In this document: positions 9,539 through 19,348 of the stretch, piece by piece
Layout: every line of letters starts with the position of its first letter
How positions within the stretch are numbered: position 1 is the first letter of the stretch
From: an uncultured delta proteobacterium
GTDB taxonomy: Bacteria > Desulfobacterota > Binatia > UBA9968
Assembly: GCA_963804165.1 (NCBI GenBank)
Contig: CAWDPO010000017.1
Location: 256,001 to 320,000, forward strand
DNA length: 64,000 nucleotides
Direction: 5' to 3'
Made by a program: the position numbers and the translations under genes
The notes under the pieces: generated by a model
The model's input: only the letters and a program-made list of their open reading frames with translations
Told to the model about the DNA's origin: nothing
Databases searched by the model: none

Positions 9539-10567
9539 CTATTTCTCCAGCAAACGCTTCATGCGATCAACCACTTCTGGAGGTTGGGCGATGACATCGC
9601 GGGCCAGCGTTTCGAGGTCGTGGCCGGCAACAGGATCGATCTCCAATCTCCGTTCTTTGGCTTGCGCCTGAAAATCCGCATCGTTGAGTGTTTTTGCGAA
9701 GGCGCTCTTGAGGATTTTCGCGCGGTCCGGCGGCAGGCCGGGCGAGCTGACGTAGGGCCGGCCGAATGCGCCGACCGCAAGAATGATCGTCGCCAGGCGT
9801 TTGCCCGCCTCCGGAGTTTTGTACTCGTTCATAAGCTCCCAGATGGTCGGAACTTCGGACAGTCTCGGGTCGCGCTTTTTACCGGTTTGGATCAATACGC
9901 GGACAAAACCATTCTTGAACCAGGTGATGAGCGGTTCTCGTCCGAACAAGGTTTCGACGGAGATGCCGCGGCAATGAACCTCTTCGCGCTCGACGGCGAG
10001 CTCGATTTCGGGACCGTCTTTATACCCGGTGAGCGTGACGAACTTTGCTCCGAGCGTTTCCTCCAATAGGTTTCCGGTATAGTAACCGGTCGACGACGTG
10101 CCAGTGGCGCCGCATTTCGGCGGCACGGTTGCATTGCGCACGTCTTGAATCGTCTTGTACGGCGTGGTGGCGCGGATGTAGATAAGCTGCTCGACCTGGG
10201 TCGGCGTGCCGAGCCAGGTAAATTTCCGCCAGTCGAACTGAACTTCTTTTCTGCCCACCAATTGATCGAAATAAAGACCGGCGCGAATCCCGCCGAGAGT
10301 GAGCCCGTCGGGCTTGGCGACTTTGTAAACGTAGTTGGCCGCGATCATCGCGCCGGCGCCGGGCATATTCTGGACGATGAAGTTAGGATTTCCCGGGATG
10401 TACTTGCCGAGGTAACGGGCGATCAACCGCGTCCATGCGTCATCGACACTCCCCGCGCCGTACCCGGCGACGATTCTAATGGTCTTGTCTTGATAGAACG
10501 GCGCTTGGCACCATGTGTTGACGGGTGAAACAAAGACGAGAGCGAGAACGAAAAAGATTCGGTTCAT
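9539..10567 (-). CDS. tctC: Tripartite tricarboxylate transporter (Bug/TctC) substrate-binding protein
   Basis: FYQDKTIRIVAG..G..D, HIPGNP-like YIPGNP, VQNMPGAG, AKPDGLTL. Confidence 0.88.
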   Translation of the reverse strand: MNRIFFVLALVFVSPVNTWCQAPFYQDKTIRIVAGYGAGSVDDAWTRLIARYLGKYIPGNPNFIVQNMPGAGAMIAANYVYKVAKPDGLTLGGIRAGLYFDQLVGRKEVQFDWRKFTWLGTPTQVEQLIYIRATTPYKTIQDVRNATVPPKCGATGTSSTGYYTGNLLEETLGAKFVTLTGYKDGPEIELAVEREEVHCRGISVETLFGREPLITWFKNGFVRVLIQTGKKRDPRLSEVPTIWELMNEYKTPEAGKRLATIILAVGAFGRPYVSSPGLPPDRAKILKSAFAKTLNDADFQAQAKERRLEIDPVAGHDLETLARDVIAQPPEVVDRMKRLLEK

Positions 10568-10700
10568 GGCAAACCTCCCCGTGCGTCATTTGTCGGCGCG
10601 GAGCATACTCGGTTTGCTATGATAGATACAAGCGAGAAAACGGGAACACATTTTACCGCGGAGACGCAGAGTTCGCAGAGGTAATACCTCTATTCCTGCG

Positions 10701-11687
10701 TTATTTGCCCAGGCCTTTCTGTTCCAGCTCTCTTTTAACTTCTTCGACAAATCGAAGCTCCATCACGCGCTGAACGGGCATGGTTTCGTTCATTTTCATC
10801 GGCTCGCGGATCTCGTACTCAAGAATATTCTTGATTCCCTCTGCCGACGGGACGCCGGGCACGCCGGGAGCGAATGCGCGCGTGTACGCCTTGGTGGCGT
10901 CGATGAGCATGGCGCGATTGATGTTGCCCAGTTGAAGTTTCTTGATGCCGATATCCGCCGCGTCCTCCGGACGCTCGCGCATGAATAGCAGCGCGCGAAC
11001 CATCGCGCGCACCCAGCGTTTTACCTGCGCCGGATTATCGGCGATCTTCTTGTCGGTGGCGACGTAGCCTTGGAATGGCAAGGGAAATAAGTCGCCGAGG
11101 AAAGCCAGGGATCGCAGTCCCTCTTTTTCCGCCACGATCACGCCGCCGGGATCGAGCACCGCGGCGTGGAGCGAGCCGGCCTTGATGGCGGCGATCCGCG
11201 CACCGGAGCTGGTGCCCATAGGGATACGCGTGATGTCTTTCGCCGACAGGCCGCCCCGTTCGACAAACATCGTCGAGAAACGATCTTCGCTATCGCCGAT
11301 CAGTCCAACGCCGACCTTTTTGCCCTTGAGATCGGTGATCTGTTTGATGCTCGGGTGCACCACGAAATACCAAGTAACTTTTTCGGTTTGGTACAGGATC
11401 GCTTTGAGCTCCGCTCCCTTGGCGGCCGCGCGCAGACCGCTGCCGCCGGCGCCGCTGAAGTCGACGTTGCCGCTCACCAAGGCGGCGATGGCCGCCGGAC
11501 CGCCGATCACGATGGTTTCGTTCTCCAAGCCCTCGTCTCTGAAGAAACCCTTGGCCTCGGCGACATAAATCGAAAGATAGTTGAGGCTTGCGCGCGGCAC
11601 CGCGGTGCGGATCTTTTCAGCTGCCGCGGAGTTTACTAGAATCAGGCAAAGGCCGGCCGAGATCAATTGCACGAAACGGAAAATCAT
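10701..11687 (-). CDS. NMT1/THI5/SsuA-like substrate-binding protein
   Basis: Signal peptide; KGFFRDEGLE; DLKGKKVGV. Confidence 0.88.
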   Translation of the reverse strand: MIFRFVQLISAGLCLILVNSAAAEKIRTAVPRASLNYLSIYVAEAKGFFRDEGLENETIVIGGPAAIAALVSGNVDFSGAGGSGLRAAAKGAELKAILYQTEKVTWYFVVHPSIKQITDLKGKKVGVGLIGDSEDRFSTMFVERGGLSAKDITRIPMGTSSGARIAAIKAGSLHAAVLDPGGVIVAEKEGLRSLAFLGDLFPLPFQGYVATDKKIADNPAQVKRWVRAMVRALLFMRERPEDAADIGIKKLQLGNINRAMLIDATKAYTRAFAPGVPGVPSAEGIKNILEYEIREPMKMNETMPVQRVMELRFVEEVKRELEQKGLGK

Positions 11688-11849
11688 AAAAACTCCACCT
11701 CCGGCTTGCGAAAATCGCGCGGACAAAAATTTGTACCCGAGACAATGAGTACGCCGGCCTTTCCGGTCAAGCGAATCGGTACGCGGGGTTTCATAGAGGT
11801 GGAAAAAGGTCGAAGGAAGGGCAGGAGGGCATTAGGGCATTTCGCGTCG

Positions 11850-12323
11850 CTACTCCGGCTGAGATTTGGCGCGCCTCTCGGCTATGACCTTGAGCGCGTT
11901 TTGCTTCGTGGACACGAACCAATTCATGTGTCGACGCAGGAAGAGCAGATCGGCGAGTCGGCCGATAACTCCGAAAGGAGCTTCCCACTCGAGGGTGTCG
12001 CGCATGACGGTTGCTCCGTTCTCAACCTCGAATTCATGAACGTGACGGAGCCGCTTGAACGCGCCCTGGACCATTTCATCGACGAAACGGGTAGGGCGAT
12101 CGAGTGCGGTGATCCGAGCGACGAACCGCTGGGTGATACCGAAGTGACGACCTTCGAAGGCGACGAGGTCACCGATCTCGAGCAGGCCCTGCGTTCGGCC
12201 CGGTTCGACGACTCGCTCGGAGGAGAATGCGGCCGATTCGGCGTGAGCACCCACGTCACGCGCAAGATCGAAGCACAGCTCGATGGGCGCTCGGATTCGG
12301 GTTGCGATAACGATCGTGGTCAT
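11850..12323 (-). CDS. SRPBCC (START-like) family protein
   Basis: TRIRAPIELCFDLARD, RFVDEMVQGAF...H.HEF, MRDTLEWEAPFG; start at MTTIVI. Confidence 0.85.
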   Translation of the reverse strand: MTTIVIATRIRAPIELCFDLARDVGAHAESAAFSSERVVEPGRTQGLLEIGDLVAFEGRHFGITQRFVARITALDRPTRFVDEMVQGAFKRLRHVHEFEVENGATVMRDTLEWEAPFGVIGRLADLLFLRRHMNWFVSTKQNALKVIAERRAKSQPE

Positions 12324-12345
12324 CACTCTGCTGTATATCAGGAGT

Positions 12346-13617
12346 CTATTCCTCCGACTTGAAATCCAGCATTCCTTGGAACTCCAGTCCTTCGATTTCC
12401 TGAAGCGTTTTCCCGGCGATGCCTTGCAGGTCGCCATACATGCCGACGGTGGCTTGCATGACGCGGTCGATTTGTTCTTCGCGCTTGGCCCACTGGCGGG
12501 TGATGGCTTTCTTCTCGCGGTCGAGATCTTCTTTCATGGATGAGAATGCTTCGACAATCGCTTGAACACGCTGGCGAAAACGCGGTCCGGTGAGATAGCC
12601 GTAGACCATTTCCATTTTCGTCTGCTGGCCTTCTGAAGCTTGGCGCGCCGATGCGACTTCGATCAGCGTCTGGCGCAACGAAAGTGCAACCGGCAGCGCC
12701 ACTTTCGGATCGGCGACCCAGACGCCCTCGACGAAGCCGAATGTTTCGATGTCTTTAGGCATCGCCTGACTGACGATAACGGCGATCTCGGCTTTCGCCG
12801 TTCTCTGGTCCTCACGCAGCTTGGGCAACCAGCCATCGCTCCAGTTTTTGGTCCGTTTGCATTCCCAAAGAATGGTGCCGCAAACTTGATTGAGTGGTCC
12901 GATGACGCGTTGGAGCACGTCGCCGCCAAATTCGCCTTTCGGAACCGGCTGGATCGTGTCGCGCGGAAATTTCGCGGTAAGCAGAGCTTCCAACTCCATT
13001 TCTTGAACTTCTCCTTGAAGTTGCTGCGAGCCCTGCTCGGCGCGGCGCTTCAATTCTTCGATCTGCTTTTGCATCGCAGTGATGGTTTGATCTTTCTCCA
13101 TCACTTTGAGCTTGAGTTCTTCCTCAGCTTCTTTTTTGGCTTTATCCCGTTCTGCGCTGAGATCGGCCTGCACGCGCTTCTCGATGGTTAGATCGAGCTC
13201 GCGTTTGGCGTCGTCCAGTTCACGCTCCTTGCGAATCAGCTCGGCCTGGGTCTTTTGTGCTTCCGCCAGTTTTATATCTCGCTGTTTCAATACTTCCTGG
13301 AGGGTATTGATTTCCTTGGCTTTCTGATCGAGATCATTGCCGAACGCGAGCTTGGCTTTCTGTTGTTCTTCGGTCGCGATGCGGAGACGTTCTTGCTGAA
13401 GTTTTTGGGCGACTTGTTGATCTAAGGTCGCTTTCGCTCTTTCCAAGGATTGCGCGCGTTCGGTGAGCGCTTGTTCGCGTTTGGTCATGTCGGTGTCTTT
13501 TTGCGATAAGCGCTGCTCATAATCGCGCCGGACGGATTCGAGCAAAGGCGCGGCGAGCGACTCGGTCAGTTTGATCTCCGTTTTACACTGCGGACAAACG
13601 ATAGTCGGTTCGGCCAT
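12346..13617 (-). CDS. DUF2130 family coiled-coil protein
   Basis: N-terminal CPQC, long coiled coil, GSQQLQGEVQE, ILWECKRTKNWSDGWLPKLREDQR. Confidence 0.88.
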   Translation of the reverse strand: MAEPTIVCPQCKTEIKLTESLAAPLLESVRRDYEQRLSQKDTDMTKREQALTERAQSLERAKATLDQQVAQKLQQERLRIATEEQQKAKLAFGNDLDQKAKEINTLQEVLKQRDIKLAEAQKTQAELIRKERELDDAKRELDLTIEKRVQADLSAERDKAKKEAEEELKLKVMEKDQTITAMQKQIEELKRRAEQGSQQLQGEVQEMELEALLTAKFPRDTIQPVPKGEFGGDVLQRVIGPLNQVCGTILWECKRTKNWSDGWLPKLREDQRTAKAEIAVIVSQAMPKDIETFGFVEGVWVADPKVALPVALSLRQTLIEVASARQASEGQQTKMEMVYGYLTGPRFRQRVQAIVEAFSSMKEDLDREKKAITRQWAKREEQIDRVMQATVGMYGDLQGIAGKTLQEIEGLEFQGMLDFKSEE

Positions 13618-13663
13618 GAATATTCCCTTGTTCAGAGTTTCTAATTGCTCAAAGGAAGTTAGT

Positions 13664-13957
13664 TTAGATTCGATCGATCCAGTAGCGGGGCCGACGATGT
13701 AAGTGAGCTACGGTGCGATAACAACGATGGTATCGCCGTCGACGCCGTATATCACGCCGTAGGGGGAATCGAGCGATCAGGCCTCGTCGAATTACCGGTT
13801 CAATTTCTGGGCAAGACAGTGGGAAACTGATCGCACGCCGAACCGTCCGGTCGAGTTCGTCGAGAAACTCTTGACCCAGATCGTCTGCTTGTTGGTTGTA
13901 CCAAAGGACGGCATTGTCCAGCTCTTGCTCGGCAAGCGTAAGAAAGCGTACTTTCAC
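13664..13957 (-). CDS. RelE/ParE family type II toxin (local frameshifts in the C-terminal half)
   Basis: AEQELDNAVLWYNQQ..LG.EFL, RFP, VAHLHRRPRYW; overlaps the antitoxin stop (GTGA). Confidence 0.8.
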   Translation of the reverse strand: MKVRFLTLAEQELDNAVLWYNQQADDLGQEFLDELDRTVRRAISFPLSCPEIEPVIRRGLIARFPLRRDIRRRRRYHRCYRTVAHLHRRPRYWIDRI

Positions 13958-14175
13958 GAGCGGCGGTGCTTTGCCATCGCAGTCTCGTAATCCACTGTTG
14001 GCACTTTACCGGCTTTGTACGCCGCCCAACGTTTACGGGCCTCGTCGGCCCAAACTCGGTCAATTTCAGGATCGGGTTTGTCCAGATCCTCGAGAATGAC
14101 GTCCAACAATTGAAGTTTGTCGGTGTCTGGCAACTCCTGAATTTCCGCTGCGAGTTTTTCTAAGGTCTTTGCCAT
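13954..14175 (-). CDS. Putative addiction-module antitoxin (TIGR02574-like)
   Basis: 73 aa, LP..DKL.L...IL..LD.PDPEIDRVWADEARKR..AYKAG; upstream of the toxin. Confidence 0.85.
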   Translation of the reverse strand: MAKTLEKLAAEIQELPDTDKLQLLDVILEDLDKPDPEIDRVWADEARKRWAAYKAGKVPTVDYETAMAKHRRS

Positions 14176-14269
14176 GTAGATCTCCCAATCGGCTTAGATA
14201 CGCTACATTATAACAAGCGGAGTGATTACCCAAATTGCTTTGGTCTGCCGCTTATTGTCAATTTGTGCT

Positions 14270-15430
14270 TTACTTTAAATTGCCTGACACTTGGTTGATC
14301 AAATTTTGCACCGGTTTCATATCCATCCAATCGGGATTCCACATAAGCAAATACTTGACGCCGTCGCGGCGGCGCATCAGGGGATGGACGTCGCTTTTCG
14401 GGATATCGATTCGCAGAGAGTCGGTGCGGCCAGCGGGTTCGCGGTCGCGTTGCAAAGCGATCTGGCCGTCGCGCGAAAGCAGCCAGTTGATCAAAATTTT
14501 TGCGGCATTGGGATGCGCCGGTTTATCCATTAAGGCATGCGCGCCGCCTATGGCGTCCAACCCGACGCCTTCCTTCCAGCCGCCGGTGTCGAGAATCTGA
14601 ACCGAGAGGCCTTGCTCCTTGGCATTTAACGTATCGTCGGATTGACTGAAGAGATAGAGCGCGAACCGTTTTTGCGCCAACCAGTCGGTCGCCTGGCGAT
14701 AGTCGCGCGAAAAGGTGATGTTCATTTCACTAAAGAGACGCCGCAGATAATTTGGTCCAAGTTCAGGATGATAATAGATAAAACGCGCGCCGTTGCGGCC
14801 TTCGCCTTGTTTGAGATCGGAAGCGACGATTTGGCGCTGCCATTTGGGATTGAGCAAATCCCAATAGGACTTGATTTCGGCTTGATTCAGCATCGACGTG
14901 TTGTAACTGGCGAACCGGACATAGACGCTGGCGGCGGGGACGAAGAGATATTTGCCCTCCGGGTCGGAATACTGGTGCTTGTTCTGCCACCACTTCGATT
15001 GATCCTTTACTTCCGGAAGGATCATGGCCGCGTTAATCGGCTGCAGTGCTTTGCCGCGGTAGAAGGAATGCGCGGATGTGAGGCCAAAGCGAATGACATC
15101 GGTGAGATATTTACCAGGACGGCGTTCTGCCATGATGCGTGAGACCAGCTCGGCGCAGGGGCCGTCCACGGATTCCAGCTTTATTCGTGGAAACTTATTC
15201 TGAAACTCGGCGAGATAAGCGTGGCTGCCGCAGCCGGAGTAGACGACTTGTCCTTCCTGCTCGGCTGCCTTGAGAGTTTTGTCCCATTCCGACTGCCAGT
15301 CTTCGGCGGGTTGGGCGGCTTGAAGAGGGAAGGCTGCAACTTGCAATGTGACCAGCAGGGCAACGAAAAGAGTCTGGATTTCCACTTTCGCGGGAATGAT
15401 GGGAGGATGAATGGCCGCGTACGAACTCAT
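14270..15430 (-). CDS. ABC extracellular solute-binding protein (Fe3+/thiamine-like SBP)
   Basis: WDKTLKAAEQEGQVVY, RIMAERR.GK, SYWDLLNPKW, AHPNAAKILINWLLSRDGQ; start position uncertain. Confidence 0.85.
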   Translation of the reverse strand: MSSYAAIHPPIIPAKVEIQTLFVALLVTLQVAAFPLQAAQPAEDWQSEWDKTLKAAEQEGQVVYSGCGSHAYLAEFQNKFPRIKLESVDGPCAELVSRIMAERRPGKYLTDVIRFGLTSAHSFYRGKALQPINAAMILPEVKDQSKWWQNKHQYSDPEGKYLFVPAASVYVRFASYNTSMLNQAEIKSYWDLLNPKWQRQIVASDLKQGEGRNGARFIYYHPELGPNYLRRLFSEMNITFSRDYRQATDWLAQKRFALYLFSQSDDTLNAKEQGLSVQILDTGGWKEGVGLDAIGGAHALMDKPAHPNAAKILINWLLSRDGQIALQRDREPAGRTDSLRIDIPKSDVHPLMRRRDGVKYLLMWNPDWMDMKPVQNLINQVSGNLK

Positions 15431-15482
15431 CAACCGGCAATAACCTTTGTGTTTTTTCGCGCGCTGCGTGGCGGCGGGCAAC

Positions 15483-16670
15483 TCAGGAGTTTCCAAGGTG
15501 GAAGAATTCCATCGCGTTGCCGCACACCATTTTGTGTTTTTCCGCATCGGGCACGCCGGCGAAGTTTTTATCGATGATTTTCAACGACTCGGGCCAGTCC
15601 GATTCTTGATGAGGGAAATCGGAGCCCCACATCAGACGATCGACGTTGATCTTATGGCGCGACTCAACGCCGACACGGTCGAATTGAAAGCCCCAGTAAA
15701 AGTATTCGCGAATGCATTCACTCGGCGGACGTTTCATCGGCTTTAGTCCAAGCAGGCGATCGGCCCAGCGGTGGTGGCGGTCGTAACGAACATCGGCGCC
15801 CTGCAGGAAGAATGGAATCCAGCCGATCTGATTCTCCGCGAAGAAAATCCGAAGAGTCGGGAAGCGATCGAAGAGCCCGGACAAAACCCACTGCACCGCC
15901 GCGATGGAACCGTTACCGCGCACTGGGCCGAAGCGTCCCACTTGTTCGACCAGATCGTGGGTAAGTTTCTTCATGAGCTCGTCCGATTCGTTCGGATATT
16001 TGAAAAGCGGTCCTTTGCGTTCGCCGGCGCGCTCAAGATCGACGTGCACGCTGATCGGCATGTTCAACTCCAGCGCGCGTGACCAGAAGGGATCGTCGTC
16101 ATCGGATGGATAAGATTTGCCGCTGGGAAAGCCCTGCAGCAAGACGGTTTTCAATCCTACTTCGGCGCAATAATTCAGCTCCGCTATAACGTCCGAAATA
16201 TTATTTACGAGAGGGAGAATTCCCACGCCGATGAGACGGTCGGGATCCACCGCGCAGTAGTCTTCGACGAGCCAGCTGTTGTAAGCGCGCACGACGGCTT
16301 TATACGCGTCGTCGTCTTCGATGCGGCGCCAAAATTTCGGCCCGCCTTGTTGCGAGGGGAAGAGCACTTCGGCGTCGATGCCGTCCCGGTCCTGCTCGGT
16401 GATGCGCTGGTCGGCGCTGCCCGTGCCCGGCGTGCCTTCATAGCGGCCATTGAAGGGGACGTAGTTGTCGCGTCCCCTGCCGCCGTAGAGATCCGCGGCC
16501 GCCGCCGGCCGCTTGATGTTGTCGCCGATCATCCAGGCATCGCTGCCATCTGGCTGGCCAACGAGGCGCGGCGCCAGCTCGCGATACTTCTTCGGCACAC
16601 GATCGAGCCAATGGCGGGAATCGATTTCCAAATGGGAGTCGGCGGAGATGTAGCGGTAGTTTCGTGACAC
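15483..16670 (-). CDS. Amidohydrolase family 2 protein
   Basis: ISADSHL, DGIDAEVLFPS, AYNSWL, MWGSDFPH. Confidence 0.92.
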   Translation of the reverse strand: MSRNYRYISADSHLEIDSRHWLDRVPKKYRELAPRLVGQPDGSDAWMIGDNIKRPAAAADLYGGRGRDNYVPFNGRYEGTPGTGSADQRITEQDRDGIDAEVLFPSQQGGPKFWRRIEDDDAYKAVVRAYNSWLVEDYCAVDPDRLIGVGILPLVNNISDVIAELNYCAEVGLKTVLLQGFPSGKSYPSDDDDPFWSRALELNMPISVHVDLERAGERKGPLFKYPNESDELMKKLTHDLVEQVGRFGPVRGNGSIAAVQWVLSGLFDRFPTLRIFFAENQIGWIPFFLQGADVRYDRHHRWADRLLGLKPMKRPPSECIREYFYWGFQFDRVGVESRHKINVDRLMWGSDFPHQESDWPESLKIIDKNFAGVPDAEKHKMVCGNAMEFFHLGNS

Positions 16671-16902
16671 TGCGATTCCTTTCTTTCAAGTGGCGAGATG
16701 AGTCAGTTTTCCGTTCTAGGCAATTCGAATCTAAACGAATACTAGCGAAATCGATTGTCGCTGCCAAGCGAAAGAAATCGCTTAGACTAGACTGGACAGT
16801 TTGACGTAATCCGAGATACACGTGGCACAGTTTTCATCGGCAACAATCGTTCCCGCGGGCGATACGCCAAGTACGCCGCGAGAGTGCTAGGAGGTTAAGC
16901 GC

Positions 16903-17880
16903 ATGCGGATGATTTCGCTACGATGTCTGGTGCTGGTCGCTTCGCTGATCTTCCTCGCAGCTGAGCAATCGATAGCGCAAATTGCGTTGCAAAAGGTGCG
17001 CATCGCTTACTCGAGTAGCGGAGTCAATTACATAGATCTGTTTCTCGGCAAGGAGAAGGGCTACTTTCGCGAAGAAGGATTGGAGCCGCAGCTCATTCAG
17101 ATGAGCTCCAACATCGCGATCACGGCTAACATCGCCGGCGAGCTGGACGGTCAGGCAGCCATCGGTAGCGCCATTCGCGCTATCCAACGCGGCGCGCCCC
17201 TGCGGGTCGTGGTGGTTACTTTGCGTCGGCCATTGTTTTGGCTCGTTGTCCGACCGGAGTATCGCTCGGTCAAAGAGCTAAAAGGGAAGGTGCTCGGCAT
17301 TTCCACGATCGGCGGCAGCCAACATCTCAGGGCGAAAGGCATGTTGGCGGCGGGTGGATTGGATACCGAGAAAGATATTACTTCGATTCAAATCAGTGAT
17401 CAGACGATGCAACTGCAAGCCTTGGTCACCAACTCAATTCAAATTACCGCACTGAGCCCGCCATGGGTGGCAGTGGCGCGCGACAAATTCAAGATGAATA
17501 TTCTCGACAGCGCGCTCGAACGTTTCGCGGGCATCGACAGCGGACTCGCCGTTGCTCTCAAGCTCCTGCAAGAGAAGCCCGATCTCGTGAAAAAGATCCT
17601 TCGGGCGCGGGCCAAGGGAAATCGGTTTTATTTGGAAAACGAACGGGAGGGGAGTGAGTACTTGGCACGTCTTTACAAAGTCGACATCAAAACGGCCCTG
17701 GAATCATACCGCGCATCCAAGCCCGCATTTACCAGCACAGGCATCCCGACCGATGACGAGATCAAAGAGCATCTCGCCAATGACGCGCAGTCACTCAAAT
17801 TGTCCGAGTCGCTGCCACCGTCGAAGATCGTTGATTTCAGCCTTCAGCGAGAGGTACTGCGCGAGTTGGGAATCAAATGA
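16903..17880 (+). CDS. NMT1/THI5/SsuA-like substrate-binding protein
   Basis: Signal peptide; GYFREEGLE; ELKGKVLGIS; AGGAGG RBS upstream. Confidence 0.9.
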   Translation: MRMISLRCLVLVASLIFLAAEQSIAQIALQKVRIAYSSSGVNYIDLFLGKEKGYFREEGLEPQLIQMSSNIAITANIAGELDGQAAIGSAIRAIQRGAPLRVVVVTLRRPLFWLVVRPEYRSVKELKGKVLGISTIGGSQHLRAKGMLAAGGLDTEKDITSIQISDQTMQLQALVTNSIQITALSPPWVAVARDKFKMNILDSALERFAGIDSGLAVALKLLQEKPDLVKKILRARAKGNRFYLENEREGSEYLARLYKVDIKTALESYRASKPAFTSTGIPTDDEIKEHLANDAQSLKLSESLPPSKIVDFSLQREVLRELGIK

Positions 17881-17959
17881 TAGGCGAGAAAGTGGTGATG
17901 GTTGGGCTGCTTTGTTGCGAGTCGGCCGCATCATAGCGATTCGTAGTCCCGCAAGTCCC

Positions 17960-18020
17960 GTCATTCCCGCATGTTTTTAGCGGGAATCCAGGCGAAACCC
18001 TTAAAAAACTCGGCAGTGAC
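17960..18020 (+). repeat. Family A element, degenerate copy 3
   Basis: gtcattcccgcatgtttttagcgggaatccaggcgaaacccttaaaaaactcggcagtgac. Confidence 0.75.
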
Positions 18021-18083
18021 AACATTCGAGGAAACCTTTGAGGAATACCTGTAGTTCGGTGCGCGCTGGCTCTCGCGGCCCCG

Positions 18084-19244
18084 TCATGACCACAATTGTC
18101 TAGTGGCGATCTCCGCTCCCTGCGTCATTGCGCGGAACTTCGCCCAAACGACGGTGGGATGGATTTCTGGGGTAAACGTCGCCTGGGAGGAAAATCCGCA
18201 GTCGCTCCCGCCGATCACGTTCTCGCGTCCGACGAGCTTGGCATACTTGACGATCCGCTCCGCGACCAAGTCAGGGTGCTCGACGATGTTGCTGCAATGA
18301 GTAATGACGCCAGGGATCAGGATTTTTCCTGCCGGCAGCTTGGTGTCCTCCCAGAGGCGCCACTCGTGCTCGTGACGCGGATTTGCCGCTTCGAACGAAA
18401 TCGCGTCGGCATTGACCTTCAACATGAGACCGATGATGTCCTTCAGTGCGATGTCGAAGATGCGCGGCCCTTCATTGATACCATAGCACGTGTGATAGCG
18501 GATTTTCTCTGCCGGAATCCCGCGCAGCGCGTGGTTCAGCGCCTCGATGTAAATCTCTGCATCGCGGACCCGCTCGGCGACAGTCAGAGACGGTTCGGTG
18601 CGATAAAGACGCGTGAGCGACGGGTCATCGATTTGCAAAATGAATCCAGCGTCGATAATGGCCAGGTATTCGACTCGGAGCGCCTCGGCCAACGCGTACT
18701 GAAACTCCTCGTCGTTCCCATAGTACTGGTTGCTGAAAAAACCCGGGGCGATGGCCGGCATGAAAACTTCCTGCGGCTGCAGACCATCGAGCGCCGCCTT
18801 TAGATTCTCGATATCGGTTCGCACCGCTTCCTGTCCTTTGTAGGTGATCGGACCGGTGCACGCTACCGGCAGATTTGGGCCGACGCCGCACATGTGTTCG
18901 GCGAAATATTTCTCGTAGTATTCCGGAAAGGCGCGCGCCTCATCGATCTTCATACGCGCGGCGATTCGTGCTTCCGAAGTCGCAACCGGTTCGAAGCCGG
19001 TGAGTCTCTCGACCAAGTAGGCATTGAAGCTCGGTTTACTCTGCTCACCGTCGGTGACGATATCGACACCGCATTTCACTTGCTGGCGCACCATATCAGC
19101 CACGGCGCCGCGGACACGCGCGGCATAAGCTACCTGGTCATATGGCTTGCCGTGCAATTTCGCGTCCATCATTTCGAGAAGATCCTGCGGCCGCGCGAGA
19201 CTGCCGGCGTGGGTGACGAGTATTCGATTCGTGCTTCGTTTCAT
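18084..19244 (-). CDS. Cobalamin-independent methionine synthase II / epoxyalkane:CoM transferase-like Zn enzyme
   Basis: THAGSLARP, DIVTDGEQSK, LQIDDP, Zn ligands YHTCYG...E...SDCGF. Confidence 0.88.
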   Translation of the reverse strand: MKRSTNRILVTHAGSLARPQDLLEMMDAKLHGKPYDQVAYAARVRGAVADMVRQQVKCGVDIVTDGEQSKPSFNAYLVERLTGFEPVATSEARIAARMKIDEARAFPEYYEKYFAEHMCGVGPNLPVACTGPITYKGQEAVRTDIENLKAALDGLQPQEVFMPAIAPGFFSNQYYGNDEEFQYALAEALRVEYLAIIDAGFILQIDDPSLTRLYRTEPSLTVAERVRDAEIYIEALNHALRGIPAEKIRYHTCYGINEGPRIFDIALKDIIGLMLKVNADAISFEAANPRHEHEWRLWEDTKLPAGKILIPGVITHCSNIVEHPDLVAERIVKYAKLVGRENVIGGSDCGFSSQATFTPEIHPTVVWAKFRAMTQGAEIATRQLWS

Positions 19245-19263
19245 TTGGCCTCCGATCTGAGAA

Positions 19264-19338
19264 CTGGAGTGCTGGAGTAATGGAGTCGTGGAGTGATGGG
19301 CCGCTAAATCCAATACTCCAGCACTCCATCACTCCAAT
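19264..19338. repeat. Palindromic TGGAGT/ACTCCA repeat cluster
   Basis: ctggagtgctggagtaatggagtcgtggagtgatggg...ccaatactccagcactccatcactccaa. Confidence 0.85.
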
Positions 19339-19348
19339 CTTCACGGCT

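Noticed and set aside
16823-16840. Sigma-54 promoter TGGCAC motif (also near 34089, 34249 and 34476)
   Set aside because: No TTGC -12 element at the required spacing.
19245-19313. N-terminal extensions in the ORF track (e.g. MDLAAHHSTTPLLQHSS; also 21622-21660)
   Set aside because: They are translations of intergenic repeats; better RBS-associated ATGs lie at 19244 and 21661.
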